This document shows positions 26,791-36,811 of a stretch of DNA of 64,000 nt, piece by piece. The stretch comes from a virus: IMG/VR virus record IMGVR_UViG_3300031746_000002, positions 64,001-128,000 of that record; one strand, written 5' to 3'. Positions within the stretch are counted from its first letter, which is position 1, and every line of letters starts with the position of its first letter. A program made the position numbers and the translations under genes. The notes below the pieces were generated by a model. The model was not told where the DNA came from, did not search any database, and saw only the letters and a program-made list of their open reading frames with translations.

Positions 26791-27102
26791 ATGGAAACAG
26801 ATGCAGAAATTATTAAAGGGTTAGAAATGAAGAACAAGAAGTTAGTAGAGCGAAATGATGAACTACAAAAAGAAAAGCAAGATTTACAAGCAACAGTAGA
26901 TGAGTTATATGTACCATTAGCATTTGAGTATAAAGAAGGAAGAAAAACATTGCTAATAAAACTTGGATCAAAAGAACGTGGTTGGTTTCCAAGCGGTAGA
27001 CATTTTGCAGCAGCACAGAAACAATTCAAAGCTTGTATGTTGGATAAGAAATTCAATATCATATTATATCACTATGCTATTGAAACACAAATAGTAGAAT
27101 AA
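26791..27102 (+). CDS. Coiled coil fused to a copy of the portal KxGSKExGWxPSxRH segment (mini-portal paralog)
   Basis: GGAG RBS before ATG 26791; 17 identities in 35 ungapped positions against portal codons around 23488-23592. Confidence 0.8.
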   Translation: METDAEIIKGLEMKNKKLVERNDELQKEKQDLQATVDELYVPLAFEYKEGRKTLLIKLGSKERGWFPSGRHFAAAQKQFKACMLDKKFNIILYHYAIETQIVE

Positions 27103-27103
27103 A

Positions 27104-27178
27104 CGGGGTATAGCTCAGTTGGCTAGAGCACACGGTTTGGGGCCGTGGGGTCCGTCAGTTCGAATCTGACTACCCCGA
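27104..27178 (+). tRNA. trnP: tRNA-Pro (anticodon TGG), CCA not encoded
   Basis: Acceptor CGGGGTA/TACCCCG, D arm GCTC/GAGC, anticodon arm CACGG-TTTGGGG-CCGTG, T arm GTCAG-TTCGAAT-CTGAC. Confidence 0.93.
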
Positions 27179-27194
27179 TTTAAAAGGAAGATTT

Positions 27195-27839
27195 ATGCCA
27201 AAAGGACAAATTGCTTGGAATAAAGGATTAACAAAAGAAACAGATGAGCGAGTTGCATTAATAGGAAAAAGCTCGGGTAGGACAAGAATAGGAATGGTAG
27301 GATCGTTTAAAGGAAAACATCATTCTAAACAATCACGTAAAAAAATTAGTAAGAAAATGATGGGTATGGTACATTCTAAAGAACGTCGTTTAAATGAAAG
27401 TAAAGGATATAATCATTCTGAGCAGCATCGTCTTAAAATAAGTATAGCAGCAGCTAAACAAGCTATACAAAATAAACAAGATCATAAATGGAGTTGGGGT
27501 AAATCGGGTTGGTTTTATTCTAAAAAGAATAATAAAAGATTTAGATATTTATCTAGTATTGAATTACAATGTTTAAAATTTTTAGAAAGTAAAGAAGATG
27601 TTTTAAAATATCAAACTAATCCATTAAGAATACTTTATACATATCAAATGCAACAAAGAAATTATATACCCGATATTTTGGTTGAATATAATAATGGTAA
27701 AAAAATATTAATAGAAGTAAAGCATAATAAAGGTTTGAAGAATAATATAGTTCAAATTAAAGCAAAAGCAGCTATAAAATATTGTAAAGAAAATAATATG
27801 GAATATAAATTTTATACAGAGTCTAAATTGCTGATGTAG
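27195..27839 (+). CDS. Free-standing homing endonuclease (WNKGLTKETD, NUMOD3-like, TnsA-N-like domain)
   Basis: AWNKGLTKETD, FKGKHHS..SRKKIS, SSIEL, YIPDILV, LIEVK, KAKAA..YC; paralog of 11088. Confidence 0.8.
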   Translation: MPKGQIAWNKGLTKETDERVALIGKSSGRTRIGMVGSFKGKHHSKQSRKKISKKMMGMVHSKERRLNESKGYNHSEQHRLKISIAAAKQAIQNKQDHKWSWGKSGWFYSKKNNKRFRYLSSIELQCLKFLESKEDVLKYQTNPLRILYTYQMQQRNYIPDILVEYNNGKKILIEVKHNKGLKNNIVQIKAKAAIKYCKENNMEYKFYTESKLLM

Positions 27840-27844
27840 CTTAT

Positions 27845-28423
27845 ATGAAAAGTAAACTTATAGAAGATGATTTTATAGATAACATTCCGCATGAGCAGAA
27901 TAAAATAGGTGCAAAAATGAGTGCTGATATAATTAAGGAAATCATAATAATCAGACAATGCAGTAAATGTGGATCATTAGATGTAACACCAGTTCCTGGC
28001 GATAATGTAATGTATACATGTAATGAATGTAGTGAAGAGATGGTACCTACAGAAACAACAAAAGAAGAACTTAAAAAAGAGGAGACGAAAATGGTAAAGG
28101 AAGAAAAGAAAGGTTGCAGTGAATGCGGCGATAAAGTTCTTGCTAAAGGATTATGCAGCAAACATTACTATTCGCCTGCATCAGTGCTTTTAATGGATGT
28201 GCAAAAAGGTGGTGTTGGACATAATCCTGTGCCTGCAGGACAATGCCCTATAGCAAAACCTGGTGATAAGATTAGGATTAAGCAAGTCGATGAAGTTGGC
28301 AGATATAAATTACTTCCTGTAAAAACTTGTGCTACATGTATACATATGCATGTTTGTTTTATACTTCAAGCAAATAAAAAAATAGATATACATGAAGTAG
28401 TATGCGAAAATCATAAGGAGTAA
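27845..28423 (+). CDS. Multi-zinc-finger protein
   Basis: CSKC...CNEC, CSEC...AKGLCSKHY, CATCIH; in-frame internal RBS/ATG at 28091. Confidence 0.6.
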   Translation: MKSKLIEDDFIDNIPHEQNKIGAKMSADIIKEIIIIRQCSKCGSLDVTPVPGDNVMYTCNECSEEMVPTETTKEELKKEETKMVKEEKKGCSECGDKVLAKGLCSKHYYSPASVLLMDVQKGGVGHNPVPAGQCPIAKPGDKIRIKQVDEVGRYKLLPVKTCATCIHMHVCFILQANKKIDIHEVVCENHKE

Positions 28424-28428
28424 CGAAA

Positions 28429-28932
28429 ATGAAAAAACGAAAAGTAGGATTTGAAAAATATTTAACAGAAACTTTAGATGCAGACATAGAAAGCAAAGAA
28501 TTGTTTTTAAAGTTGTTTTACAAGCAACCTGTTACAACACAATTAGCAATGTTTCGTAAAGGAATGGGGTTATCCCAAGTAACATTAAGCAACAAAGCAA
28601 AGTTAAAACAATCAGGTGTAGCTAGGTTTGAGAAAGCAGAAGCAAATCCAAGAGTACAAACTATAGAAAAAATAGCAAAAGCATTGGGAGCTAAAGTAAT
28701 TTTGGCTACTCCACGAATGATCGATGTTTTAATTAACAAGGAATTATTGGCACAAGGCGAAGCATATTTTTCTAGTATAGTTTTTGGTAAGAAAAATATT
28801 AAACTTGAAGATTATGTTTCTGATAAATTTAAAAAACCAGCAGATAAAAAACGGTTAGATAAAGAGTATTGTCTAGCAAAGAAAGAACTCGAAAGAGTAG
28901 AAGCAAAGAATAAAATTAAAAGGAGGAAGTAA
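28429..28932 (+). CDS. XRE-family HTH transcriptional regulator
   Basis: RKGMGLSQVTLS...KQSGVARFE....NPRVQTIEKIAKALG. Confidence 0.85.
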   Translation: MKKRKVGFEKYLTETLDADIESKELFLKLFYKQPVTTQLAMFRKGMGLSQVTLSNKAKLKQSGVARFEKAEANPRVQTIEKIAKALGAKVILATPRMIDVLINKELLAQGEAYFSSIVFGKKNIKLEDYVSDKFKKPADKKRLDKEYCLAKKELERVEAKNKIKRRK

Positions 28933-28935
28933 ACA

Positions 28936-29139
28936 GTGAAAGGAAAAGTCAAATGGTTCAATGAGTCCAAGGGTTATGGGTTCATCACAAGAGCAGATGA
29001 AGGTGGAGATGTATTCGTGCATTACAGCAGTCTTATTACTGACGGTTTCAAAACATTAGCTGAGGGACAAAATGTTGAGTTTGAAACTGAAGACACAGAG
29101 AAAGGATTAAAAGCAGTTAACGTTAAAGTTCTTAGCTAA
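28936..29139 (+). CDS. cspA: Cold-shock domain protein
   Basis: [36 protein letters not shown]. Confidence 0.95.
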   Translation: MKGKVKWFNESKGYGFITRADEGGDVFVHYSSLITDGFKTLAEGQNVEFETEDTEKGLKAVNVKVLS

Positions 29140-29464
29140 TCGAAAAGAAAAACGATAAAAGGAGTAACCGATGGCTTGGAAAAAAATAGTAGCTGAAAAG
29201 GCAGATAAGTTTTTTGCTATTCACAGCAAAAGACCCAATGTAGTTATTAATCCTTCTGTAACAGAACAAGAATTTATAAATGAGCATAAACATATTTATA
29301 ATCTTTTTGAGCCAGCAGAAGCAACGATACAAATGCAGAGGGTTATCAAATCATTTCATGATGGGGATTATACGATTTATGGAATGAGAGCTATTAAGCT
29401 TCCAGAACATGGGAATGATACTGTTGGGTATCAAAATTTTGATGGCTCTGTGAATACATAAATG

Positions 29465-29527
29465 GCAAGGCAAACCTCTATTGTTTTTTGACTGATTTCA
29501 ATAGAATGATTTGCCTTGCGCCTTTTG
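29465..29527 (+). terminator. Long hairpin, probable terminator ahead of an early promoter
   Basis: GCAAGGCAAA...TCTATTG / CAATAGA...TTTGCCTTGC, then GCCTTTTG. Confidence 0.6.
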
Positions 29528-29540
29528 TTGAATTATTTTG

Positions 29541-29569
29541 TTTACGTTTTCACCGAAATATGGTATAAT
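29541..29569 (+). promoter_or_regulatory. Sigma70-type early promoter, copy 1
   Basis: TTTACG-17 nt-TATAAT with extended -10 TG; spacer conserved with three other copies. Confidence 0.85.
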
Positions 29570-29607
29570 ATAACTAAGGAAACAAGATAAACCGAAAGGA
29601 GCAAAAC

Positions 29608-31422
29608 ATGGAAATAGAAAAAGTGGTGAAACAGTTACTAAAAGCAAAGGAAGCTTATTACAATGAAACACCTATAATGTCAGATAATGAGTTTGATAAG
29701 TTAGAAGACCAGCTCAAAGCAGCAGACCCAAACAATGAATACTTTTCAGTAGTAGGAATTCCAACCGAAGGAAAGAAAATCAAACATTCAATCCCAATGC
29801 TTTCAATGAATAAAGTTAAAACAGCTAAAGAAGCAGTCAACTGGTTTGAAAAATTAAATGTTGAAAGCAATGTTGTAATGGAACCAAAGATAGATGGGGC
29901 AAGCGGGGAAATCTTTTACAGAAATGGAAAGCTCGAATATGTTGCAACAAGAGGAGATGGTGGAGAAGGAAGGGACATCACTCATGCAGCAAAGTATCTT
30001 TCAACAATACCAAAGACAATCAGTGCAAAATGTAATGTTTATGTAAGAGGCGAATTCTACTTTCCTAAAAATAATCCAGTAGTAAAATCAAAACTCAGAA
30101 ACAATGCATCAGGAATATTGAACAGGAAAACAGACCTTGAAAATCTTAAGTATCTCAAATTCGTTGCTTATCAGTTATTTGGAATTCCTCAGAAAACAGT
30201 AAGTGATAGTTTAATAGATTTAAGAGCACTGGGATTTAACATCATCTCATATAACATAAAGGATATAAGCAAACTGGAAGCAGAGTACAAATTTTATTTA
30301 GATGTTTTAAGGGATGAATGGGAATATGAAACAGATGGAATGGTACTTGTAATAAATGAAATAGGACTTCATGAAGAAATAGACAGCAGGTGGAAAGTAG
30401 AACATCATCATCACTATGCAATGGCATTGAAACCACCTTCAGAAGGAAAAGAAACACAACTGATGGGAATAAGTTGGGGAGTAACAAGGTATGGAAGTAT
30501 AATCCCAGTAGCAGTGCTTGACCCAATAGAAGTTGGTGGAGTAGAAATAAGTAGAGCAGCTTTAAATAACTATCAATACTTATTGGATTTGAAATTAAAC
30601 ATCGGTGATAAGCTGTACATAGAAAGAGCAAACGATGTAATACCTCATGTATCAGAGAATAGAAGCGGCTCAACAAAGTCAAACATAACATTGAAATATT
30701 GCCCATACTGCAATTCAACATTAGTCAGAGATGGAATTCATCTTAAATGCGTTAATAAAGATTGTGGCGAACAAAAGATACAGCAGATAATATTCTGGTG
30801 CAGTAAAGCAGAAATGGAAGGAGTTAAAGAAGGAACAGTAAGAAAACTATATGATACTACAGCAATTCGAAACATCAAAGATTTATATCATTTAACAAAG
30901 CATGATTTAGCAATTATACCAGGGTTTGCACTTACAAGCATTACAAAGATATTAAATGAAATAGAGAAATCAAGAACTGTTACATTTGCAAAGTTCATTG
31001 AAAGATTAGGCATCCCAATGGTAGGAATTAAAGCAGTAGAAAGTCTTGGTATAGAAACATTAGAAGATTTCATGCATTTCAATGATGACACTTATAGGAC
31101 AGGTCAAGAAGTAATGGACTGGACTTCTAAGCATATGGGAATGTTTAAGTTATTGCTCGAGGAGTTACATATCATAGACAAGGTAAAGATCGAAAAGAAG
31201 TCATCCAGGGGAACAGTGTGTATGACTGGTACAGGACCCAAAGCAAGGAAAGAACTCATTGCAGATATAAATAATAAAGGATATGAATTTGTGGACCACA
31301 TTACAAATGATTTAGGAATTCTTATTTGCGAAGATATTAATGGGAATAGCAGCAAACTACAGAAAGCAAAGAAGTGTGGAATTACGTTAATGAGTTATGA
31401 AGAGTTCTTCACTGAAAGTTAA
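29608..31422 (+). CDS. ligA: NAD-dependent DNA ligase
   Basis: YY...MSDNEFD, PMLSM, EPKIDG, TRGDG..GRDIT, VRGE, ETDGMV, RANDVIP, CPYC zinc finger, HhH and BRCT (VCMTG...SSKLQKAK). Confidence 0.95.
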   Translation: MEIEKVVKQLLKAKEAYYNETPIMSDNEFDKLEDQLKAADPNNEYFSVVGIPTEGKKIKHSIPMLSMNKVKTAKEAVNWFEKLNVESNVVMEPKIDGASGEIFYRNGKLEYVATRGDGGEGRDITHAAKYLSTIPKTISAKCNVYVRGEFYFPKNNPVVKSKLRNNASGILNRKTDLENLKYLKFVAYQLFGIPQKTVSDSLIDLRALGFNIISYNIKDISKLEAEYKFYLDVLRDEWEYETDGMVLVINEIGLHEEIDSRWKVEHHHHYAMALKPPSEGKETQLMGISWGVTRYGSIIPVAVLDPIEVGGVEISRAALNNYQYLLDLKLNIGDKLYIERANDVIPHVSENRSGSTKSNITLKYCPYCNSTLVRDGIHLKCVNKDCGEQKIQQIIFWCSKAEMEGVKEGTVRKLYDTTAIRNIKDLYHLTKHDLAIIPGFALTSITKILNEIEKSRTVTFAKFIERLGIPMVGIKAVESLGIETLEDFMHFNDDTYRTGQEVMDWTSKHMGMFKLLLEELHIIDKVKIEKKSSRGTVCMTGTGPKARKELIADINNKGYEFVDHITNDLGILICEDINGNSSKLQKAKKCGITLMSYEEFFTES

Positions 31423-33088
31423 TTGATATTGGGCTTAATAATATAAGGAAAGGAAGAAAAATAGAAATGAACGGTAAAACACAAAATATAATAGACATGT
31501 ATTTAAGCAGAAAATATAAACCTTTTTATATTGATAATATTATGTATGGTAGAACTTTTACAAGAATAATGAAGCGTAATTTGAAAAATATCAAATCTGA
31601 CCCAGGTGATGAAATTTATAAAAATGATTTTGATATGAAGTGGAATATACAAGGGGTTAATTACTTATCCAAAAAAGATTTAGAAAGCATCGCTTATTCA
31701 ATTATATGGTGGGTAAATCTTGAAGGTGGTGGAACTCGTCTTACAAATCATGCTGACTCTGTAAGGGAAAGATTTACAAAAGATGCTTTGAAATGGTATA
31801 AAAAGCACAGTAAGATTAAGAAGATAAAAGAATATCCATTTGAAGTATATCTTATGGATGCTATTTGTAGGTTAGCATTGTTTGCTTTAAAACAAAAAGA
31901 ATTAATGATACGAAAGAAGTTAATAGCTTAAGGAGGAAACTATGATAAGAATACAAGCTGAAATTCCATACACAGAAGAAATTAAGACACTGAGGCTTAC
32001 AAGGAACCCATTCTATTACGGAATAGGTTTCTATACAGATACTGATGGAGTCGAATGGGATATACCAGCAATGGGAAATAATGGAACTGTGCGTTATGTA
32101 TGTGCAAGGAAGGTGGATCATAACATGCCTTATTACAGCACCTGTTCCTGGGGGAATTCATATGGTAATCACCAATGGATACCGTATTACGTTGAAATAA
32201 TAGAAGTGAAGGAGGACTCGTGGTTCATAAAAGTATTAAAAGGGTTTATAGAATATGTGACCAAGCTAAAAGTTGCACTAGCTGCAAAGCTACTAAGGAA
32301 TGCCACAAGCTAGATGATATTATCAGGAAGTTAGACCCTGATAATCAATTCAATCTTTTATCTGCAGAACTCAGTGAAATGGAGAAGGGATATAAGCGAC
32401 TTCAAATAGTAGTTAATAATTATAAGCAGCTTAAAAAATTGCTTGATGTAATGGATAACGGAGTTTAAAATGAAAGACAATGAAGAGGAAGTAATATGTA
32501 GTATCTGTGGAGAAACATTCATTCGTAAAATAAATATAGAAGATGTTGGGCATCCCGATATATGCAATGAATGCAGAGGTGAAGATCTTTCAGAAGGGAA
32601 TGGTGATTGGTAATGGGAATGCATATTAACAAGCCAGTGATAGTACTTAATCTTTTATTAGCAGAAAGAGAAGTTGAAATTGATGGGATAGTAATGGCTA
32701 TCCGCGAATTTAATAAAGTAAAGAAGATATGTACACCAGCTACAACTAATTCAGGCGATAAAATATTTGTACCAGTAGATATGCCAATGGATCTATTCAT
32801 TAAACTTTGTGAAGCAATACCCGATGATAAATTATTCTTGATGACAGCAGGTAAAGCACTGCAAGATATGGCAGAAGAGAAAAGAAAGAAGAGGAGTAAG
32901 AAATGAAAATATTTAAAATCATCGTATACATATTTTATTCTATAATTTGTATAGCAGAAGGCTTATTAGTTAATAAGGTAGCAGATCATAGCCAGCATTT
33001 GGCTTGGGGTTTACTAGTAACATTTATACTGTTGCTTATCAGTACAGAATTAGTAGAATTAACAAGGAAATTGAAATGAAGGAGTTAC

Positions 33089-33230
33089 GAGACATCTCCG
33101 AAATTGGCGAAAGCCGTATGGGCGAAATACCCGTTAATCAAATAGTCTCCGCGTCAGGGATGAAGAAAGGTGGGACTAGTAGTGTCCATCCTCTAAAGAG
33201 TGTGTAATAACTCATCTGCAATGCCTGACG
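33089..33230 (+). ncRNA. Candidate structured non-coding RNA
   Basis: GC-rich island with stems GAGAC/GTCTC, GGC-GAAA-GCC, TGGG/CCCG, CGTCAGG/CCTGACG, GGAC/GTCC, GAGT/ACTC; overlapping ORF lacks a good start. Confidence 0.45.
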
Positions 33231-34166
33231 TAGTTTGGTAGAGATAATAAGGAAAAATAGAATATGGATTTTAAAATAGGCGATCATGTAAAATGGGAAT
33301 GTAAAATCTGTGATTGCATGCATGCTGGAGTTATAATAGATATACATGTTGATGGAATAAATATTGATAAGGAAGAAATCAAAATGGCGAAGATTAGATT
33401 AGGTGAAGATCTTGAAATGATAAGTGGAACTATTATAGAAGCATATACAGGAGATTTAACAAAGGAGTGAGAAATGAAAATTAAAACGAAGTATAATATA
33501 GGAGATCATATAATATACCTTTATCATAGTAAGAAAAAGCATGGGTTGATTGTAGCTATTAAAATTGATCTAGAACAACGAATATTATATAGAGTTTATT
33601 ATAATGCTACACATGCATGGGTTTATGAAAGCCAAATAGAAGGAGTGGAATACCAATGATAATAAATAAACTAACAAAGATTTGTCATGGACAATGGTCA
33701 TTAGATGATATAGCAAGAAGAGCAGTATATTTTCCAACACTCACTGAATGCACATTTGAATGTGATTTTGGAATTATACATGTGAAGGAAGAATTATATG
33801 ATGCTTTTCTAAAAGCAATATTTGCATTACCAGAAGAAGATAGAAAGAAATTAAACATCTCATTTGAAGAGTCACGACCAGATGTTGCATTTACACCACC
33901 ATTTAATTACGAAAGATTTAGATATGATAATGTTACAAAAGGAGTAGTGAAATTTTAAAGGAGGAACGATGGCTAGTAATTCAATACCAGACGATGTTGT
34001 ATTCAGTACATGCAAACCAGGGAAAGGCGCAGAAACTTGCAGATATTTAGCTATGGGCTCAGAAGGATTTGAATGTTTAAAGAAAACAGATCTCAAATGG
34101 AATTTAGATGCAAGAGTAGCAGCTGATAATATAGTAGCACGCGGAGATAACTGTGAAGGAAGATAA

Positions 34167-34373
34167 ATGATTTCTTATTATGTAGATGATAAAACAGGTA
34201 AAGATATTAATCGTCGAAAAGGAAAGAACCCTAAGAAACCGTGGAAGACTTGGCAATATGCAGTAGATCATATAACAATAATTCCTTGTATATTAAGGTT
34301 TAAACCAAAATACCCTGTTAAATATATAACAGCTACTTTTGATTTGAACAATCTAAAAAGGAGGAAACGATGA
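34167..34373 (+). CDS. Small chimeric protein: beta-helix/tailspike-type N-terminal cap motif plus sheath-like terminal strand
   Basis: YYVD..TG.D....G....PWKTWQYA and LRFKPKYPVKYITATFDL. Confidence 0.45.
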   Translation: MISYYVDDKTGKDINRRKGKNPKKPWKTWQYAVDHITIIPCILRFKPKYPVKYITATFDLNNLKRRKR

Positions 34374-34876
34374 GAAAATTAGGTTGGGTATTAGTTGTGT
34401 TAAGTATTGTGCTGTTTACTGTTTATGGGTTTGGTGCATTATCAGTACATAACAGGGTAATGAATTCAAGCTTAGGTTATTGGAATTTAGCAGACAAGTC
34501 AAGTACGCTAGAAGCAAAATGCGATAACATTGACAAGTTCGTTGCAGCTATTAATAAGGAAACATTTACAACTAACAATGCATGGCTTTATCCCAATATC
34601 AATAATAGCATTGAATATAATAAAGCGGCATTACTAACATTACAGAAGAGACTACATGAAATAAAAAGGCTGGATCCGAATTCACTTGCATACGCTACAA
34701 GTATTCAGCAGATAACAGCGCAAGAACAAGGTGAAGCTCAATATATGATAGGTGAAATTTATGGATGCTTATATAAAGCAACATACCCAATGTATTGGGG
34801 CTGGTTATCTGCATTGATACTTACTTTATATAGCATTATTTTTATAGTTGGATGTGTTTTTTGTAATTGGGATTAA
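34370..34876 (+). CDS. Membrane protein with two TM helices
   Basis: AGGAGG RBS; hydrophobic N- and C-terminal segments. Confidence 0.65.
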   Translation: MRKLGWVLVVLSIVLFTVYGFGALSVHNRVMNSSLGYWNLADKSSTLEAKCDNIDKFVAAINKETFTTNNAWLYPNINNSIEYNKAALLTLQKRLHEIKRLDPNSLAYATSIQQITAQEQGEAQYMIGEIYGCLYKATYPMYWGWLSALILTLYSIIFIVGCVFCNWD

Positions 34877-34884
34877 TTATTCTA

Positions 34885-34913
34885 TTTACGTTTTCGCTGA
34901 AATATAGTATAAT
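34885..34913 (+). promoter_or_regulatory. Sigma70-type early promoter, copy 2
   Basis: TTTACG-TTTTCGCTGAAATATAG-TATAAT. Confidence 0.85.
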
Positions 34914-35506
34914 GTAATTAAAGGAAAACGATAAATAGGAGGAAATGAAAATGATTAAAGTAAGACCGGAATCACAGGCATGGAATGTTTTGGTAGATCT
35001 TTGGGAGCAAGAGGAACAGCATCCTGGTATATTTGATAAAGAAAGAAAAGAAAGAAGAAAAGGTGCTGCATGGAAGAATAGTAATATTTGTAAATCTATA
35101 GAAAGACATAAAAAATAAAATAGGAGGAACGATGAAATATAGCGAAGGTTTTTTTAAGAAAGCAGAATCTTATGCTAATGAATGTTTATTGGGATGTTTG
35201 AAAAGAAAGCATTATTATTCAATTGATTGCGAAGTTCCTGATGAGCTAGGGATTAAATGTCCTTTTATAAAAGTTTGTAAGCACATAAAAAAGTTGATTA
35301 AATAATAAAGGAAAACAGAAATGAAAACAAAAGAAAAGAAACAAGAAGTAGCTAAAGCAAATCAAGAGACTCATGATAAGCTTACACCACAGCAGAAGAT
35401 AGCAAAGCTGGATGCAAAGTTTGGTGTAGGAAAAGGTGCAAAGAAAGAACGAGCAAGATTGATAGCATTATATATTGGTTTAAATCATCTATAATATAAA
35501 GGATAA

Positions 35507-35619
35507 GCCTGGAGACATGGTGAAAATCCATCTGGATGAGAAGCAAAACAATACGCTCCTCGGCAATCGTCTAGTAAGGTTCACAGCCTGTGAACAAATA
35601 TAGAGGACACCAGGCACCA
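35507..35619 (+). ncRNA. Candidate structured RNA with tRNA-like ends
   Basis: Closing stem GCCTGG/CCAGGC followed by ACCA; ATGG-TGAAAAT-CCAT, CTGGATGA/TCGTCTAG, GAGAAGC/GCTCCTC, GTTCACA/TGTGAAC stems; ORF-free; TATAAT at 35490. Confidence 0.55.
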
Positions 35620-36370
35620 TCAAAATGAGGATAGTAATATATAAGCACCCATTGCAATTAAAGATTTCAATTAATAAGTTCGGCAGAGGAATTGCTGTCT
35701 TTTTCTTTGGATTAAGCTTATATATTTATATGTACGGCAATACTGAAAGAGATAAGGTTCTATGGTATACAATGTTAACATGGTAAGGAGAAAACAATGG
35801 GAAATGTATTTAGCTGGTTTAAACATGTAATGGGAATAGGCAGGTGGGAGAAACCAAAGACTGATGCAGTGATAGAGAAATTAATTGCAAAAACAAGAGG
35901 TCCAAGTGTGGATCAGAAAACAGCGGATTATAATAAGATGCTAAAACATCGAAGGGAAAGAGTAAAGTTTGCTAGAAGGACAAGGAAGATAAACATTGCA
36001 TTGGAGAAACAATAACTCATGATAAAAAAGAAACGACCAGACTATAGAGGCTTCATGCTACATCTAAAGGATTTAGATAAATATGGAATTGCGTATGGAA
36101 TAAATGATTTGATAGAACTGGCAAATAAGTACAGAACACCAATTCCAAGGTTTATAGGGAGAAGGACACCGAAACTGCTTATGGTAAAAAGATAATGAAA
36201 CCTAAATTAACTGTTAAGATATTAAGGGATAAGATAGGAATGGCTAGAATACATATAGACAGTGCTAAGGCTGTTATGCATTGCGCAACAATAAAGTTTC
36301 ATGATGCAGAATACGAATATAATATATTACGAAAAAGATTAAAAGCAATGATAAGTAAAAGGAAAAACAA

Positions 36371-36811
36371 ATGAAAATCTGCATTGTAGGAAGTTATAAA
36401 TGGAAAGATGAAGATATTAAAGTTGCAAAGAAAGTAATTAAGTTGATCTTTGATGTTATAGAAAAATACAATGATGTAATAATCATATCAGGTGAATGTC
36501 CAAAAGGCGGAGTAGATATTTGGGCAAAAGAAGAGGCTGAAAACAGGGAAATGGAATATCAGGGGTTTTATCCTAAAGGTAATTCAAAAATGTTCTACAT
36601 GCAACGTAACAAGAAGATGGCACTTACTTGTGATGCTTTATTCAGAATAGCTTCACGTGCAAGTACTACATATGGAAGTGGAATAACAATGAAATGGGCA
36701 GCAGAGCAGAAGAAACCTTTTTATAACATAATCGTAGCAAATTATATCAATACTGATGAAATTAAAAAAGGCATTAGAAAAATATTAGACTCAATAACAG
36801 AGAGGAAATAA
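36371..36811 (+). CDS. SLOG-superfamily (YspA/DprA-like) protein
   Basis: KICIVGS, IISGECPKGGVDIWA, RNKKMA..CD, GSGITM..A. Confidence 0.75.
   Translation: MKICIVGSYKWKDEDIKVAKKVIKLIFDVIEKYNDVIIISGECPKGGVDIWAKEEAENREMEYQGFYPKGNSKMFYMQRNKKMALTCDALFRIASRASTTYGSGITMKWAAEQKKPFYNIIVANYINTDEIKKGIRKILDSITERK

Noticed and set aside
27830-27843. GCTGATGTAGCTTA as a third tRNA
   Set aside because: Only a 5'-end-like fragment; no anticodon or T arm follows
33004-33207. ORF-track CDS over the GC-rich island
   Set aside because: TTG start without RBS and atypical composition; better explained as structured RNA, though a short ATG-started peptide cannot be excluded
36019-36195. Small ORF with GFMLHLKD resembling MCP AILMHPKD
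   Set aside because: Match too short to distinguish from chance; needs a profile search
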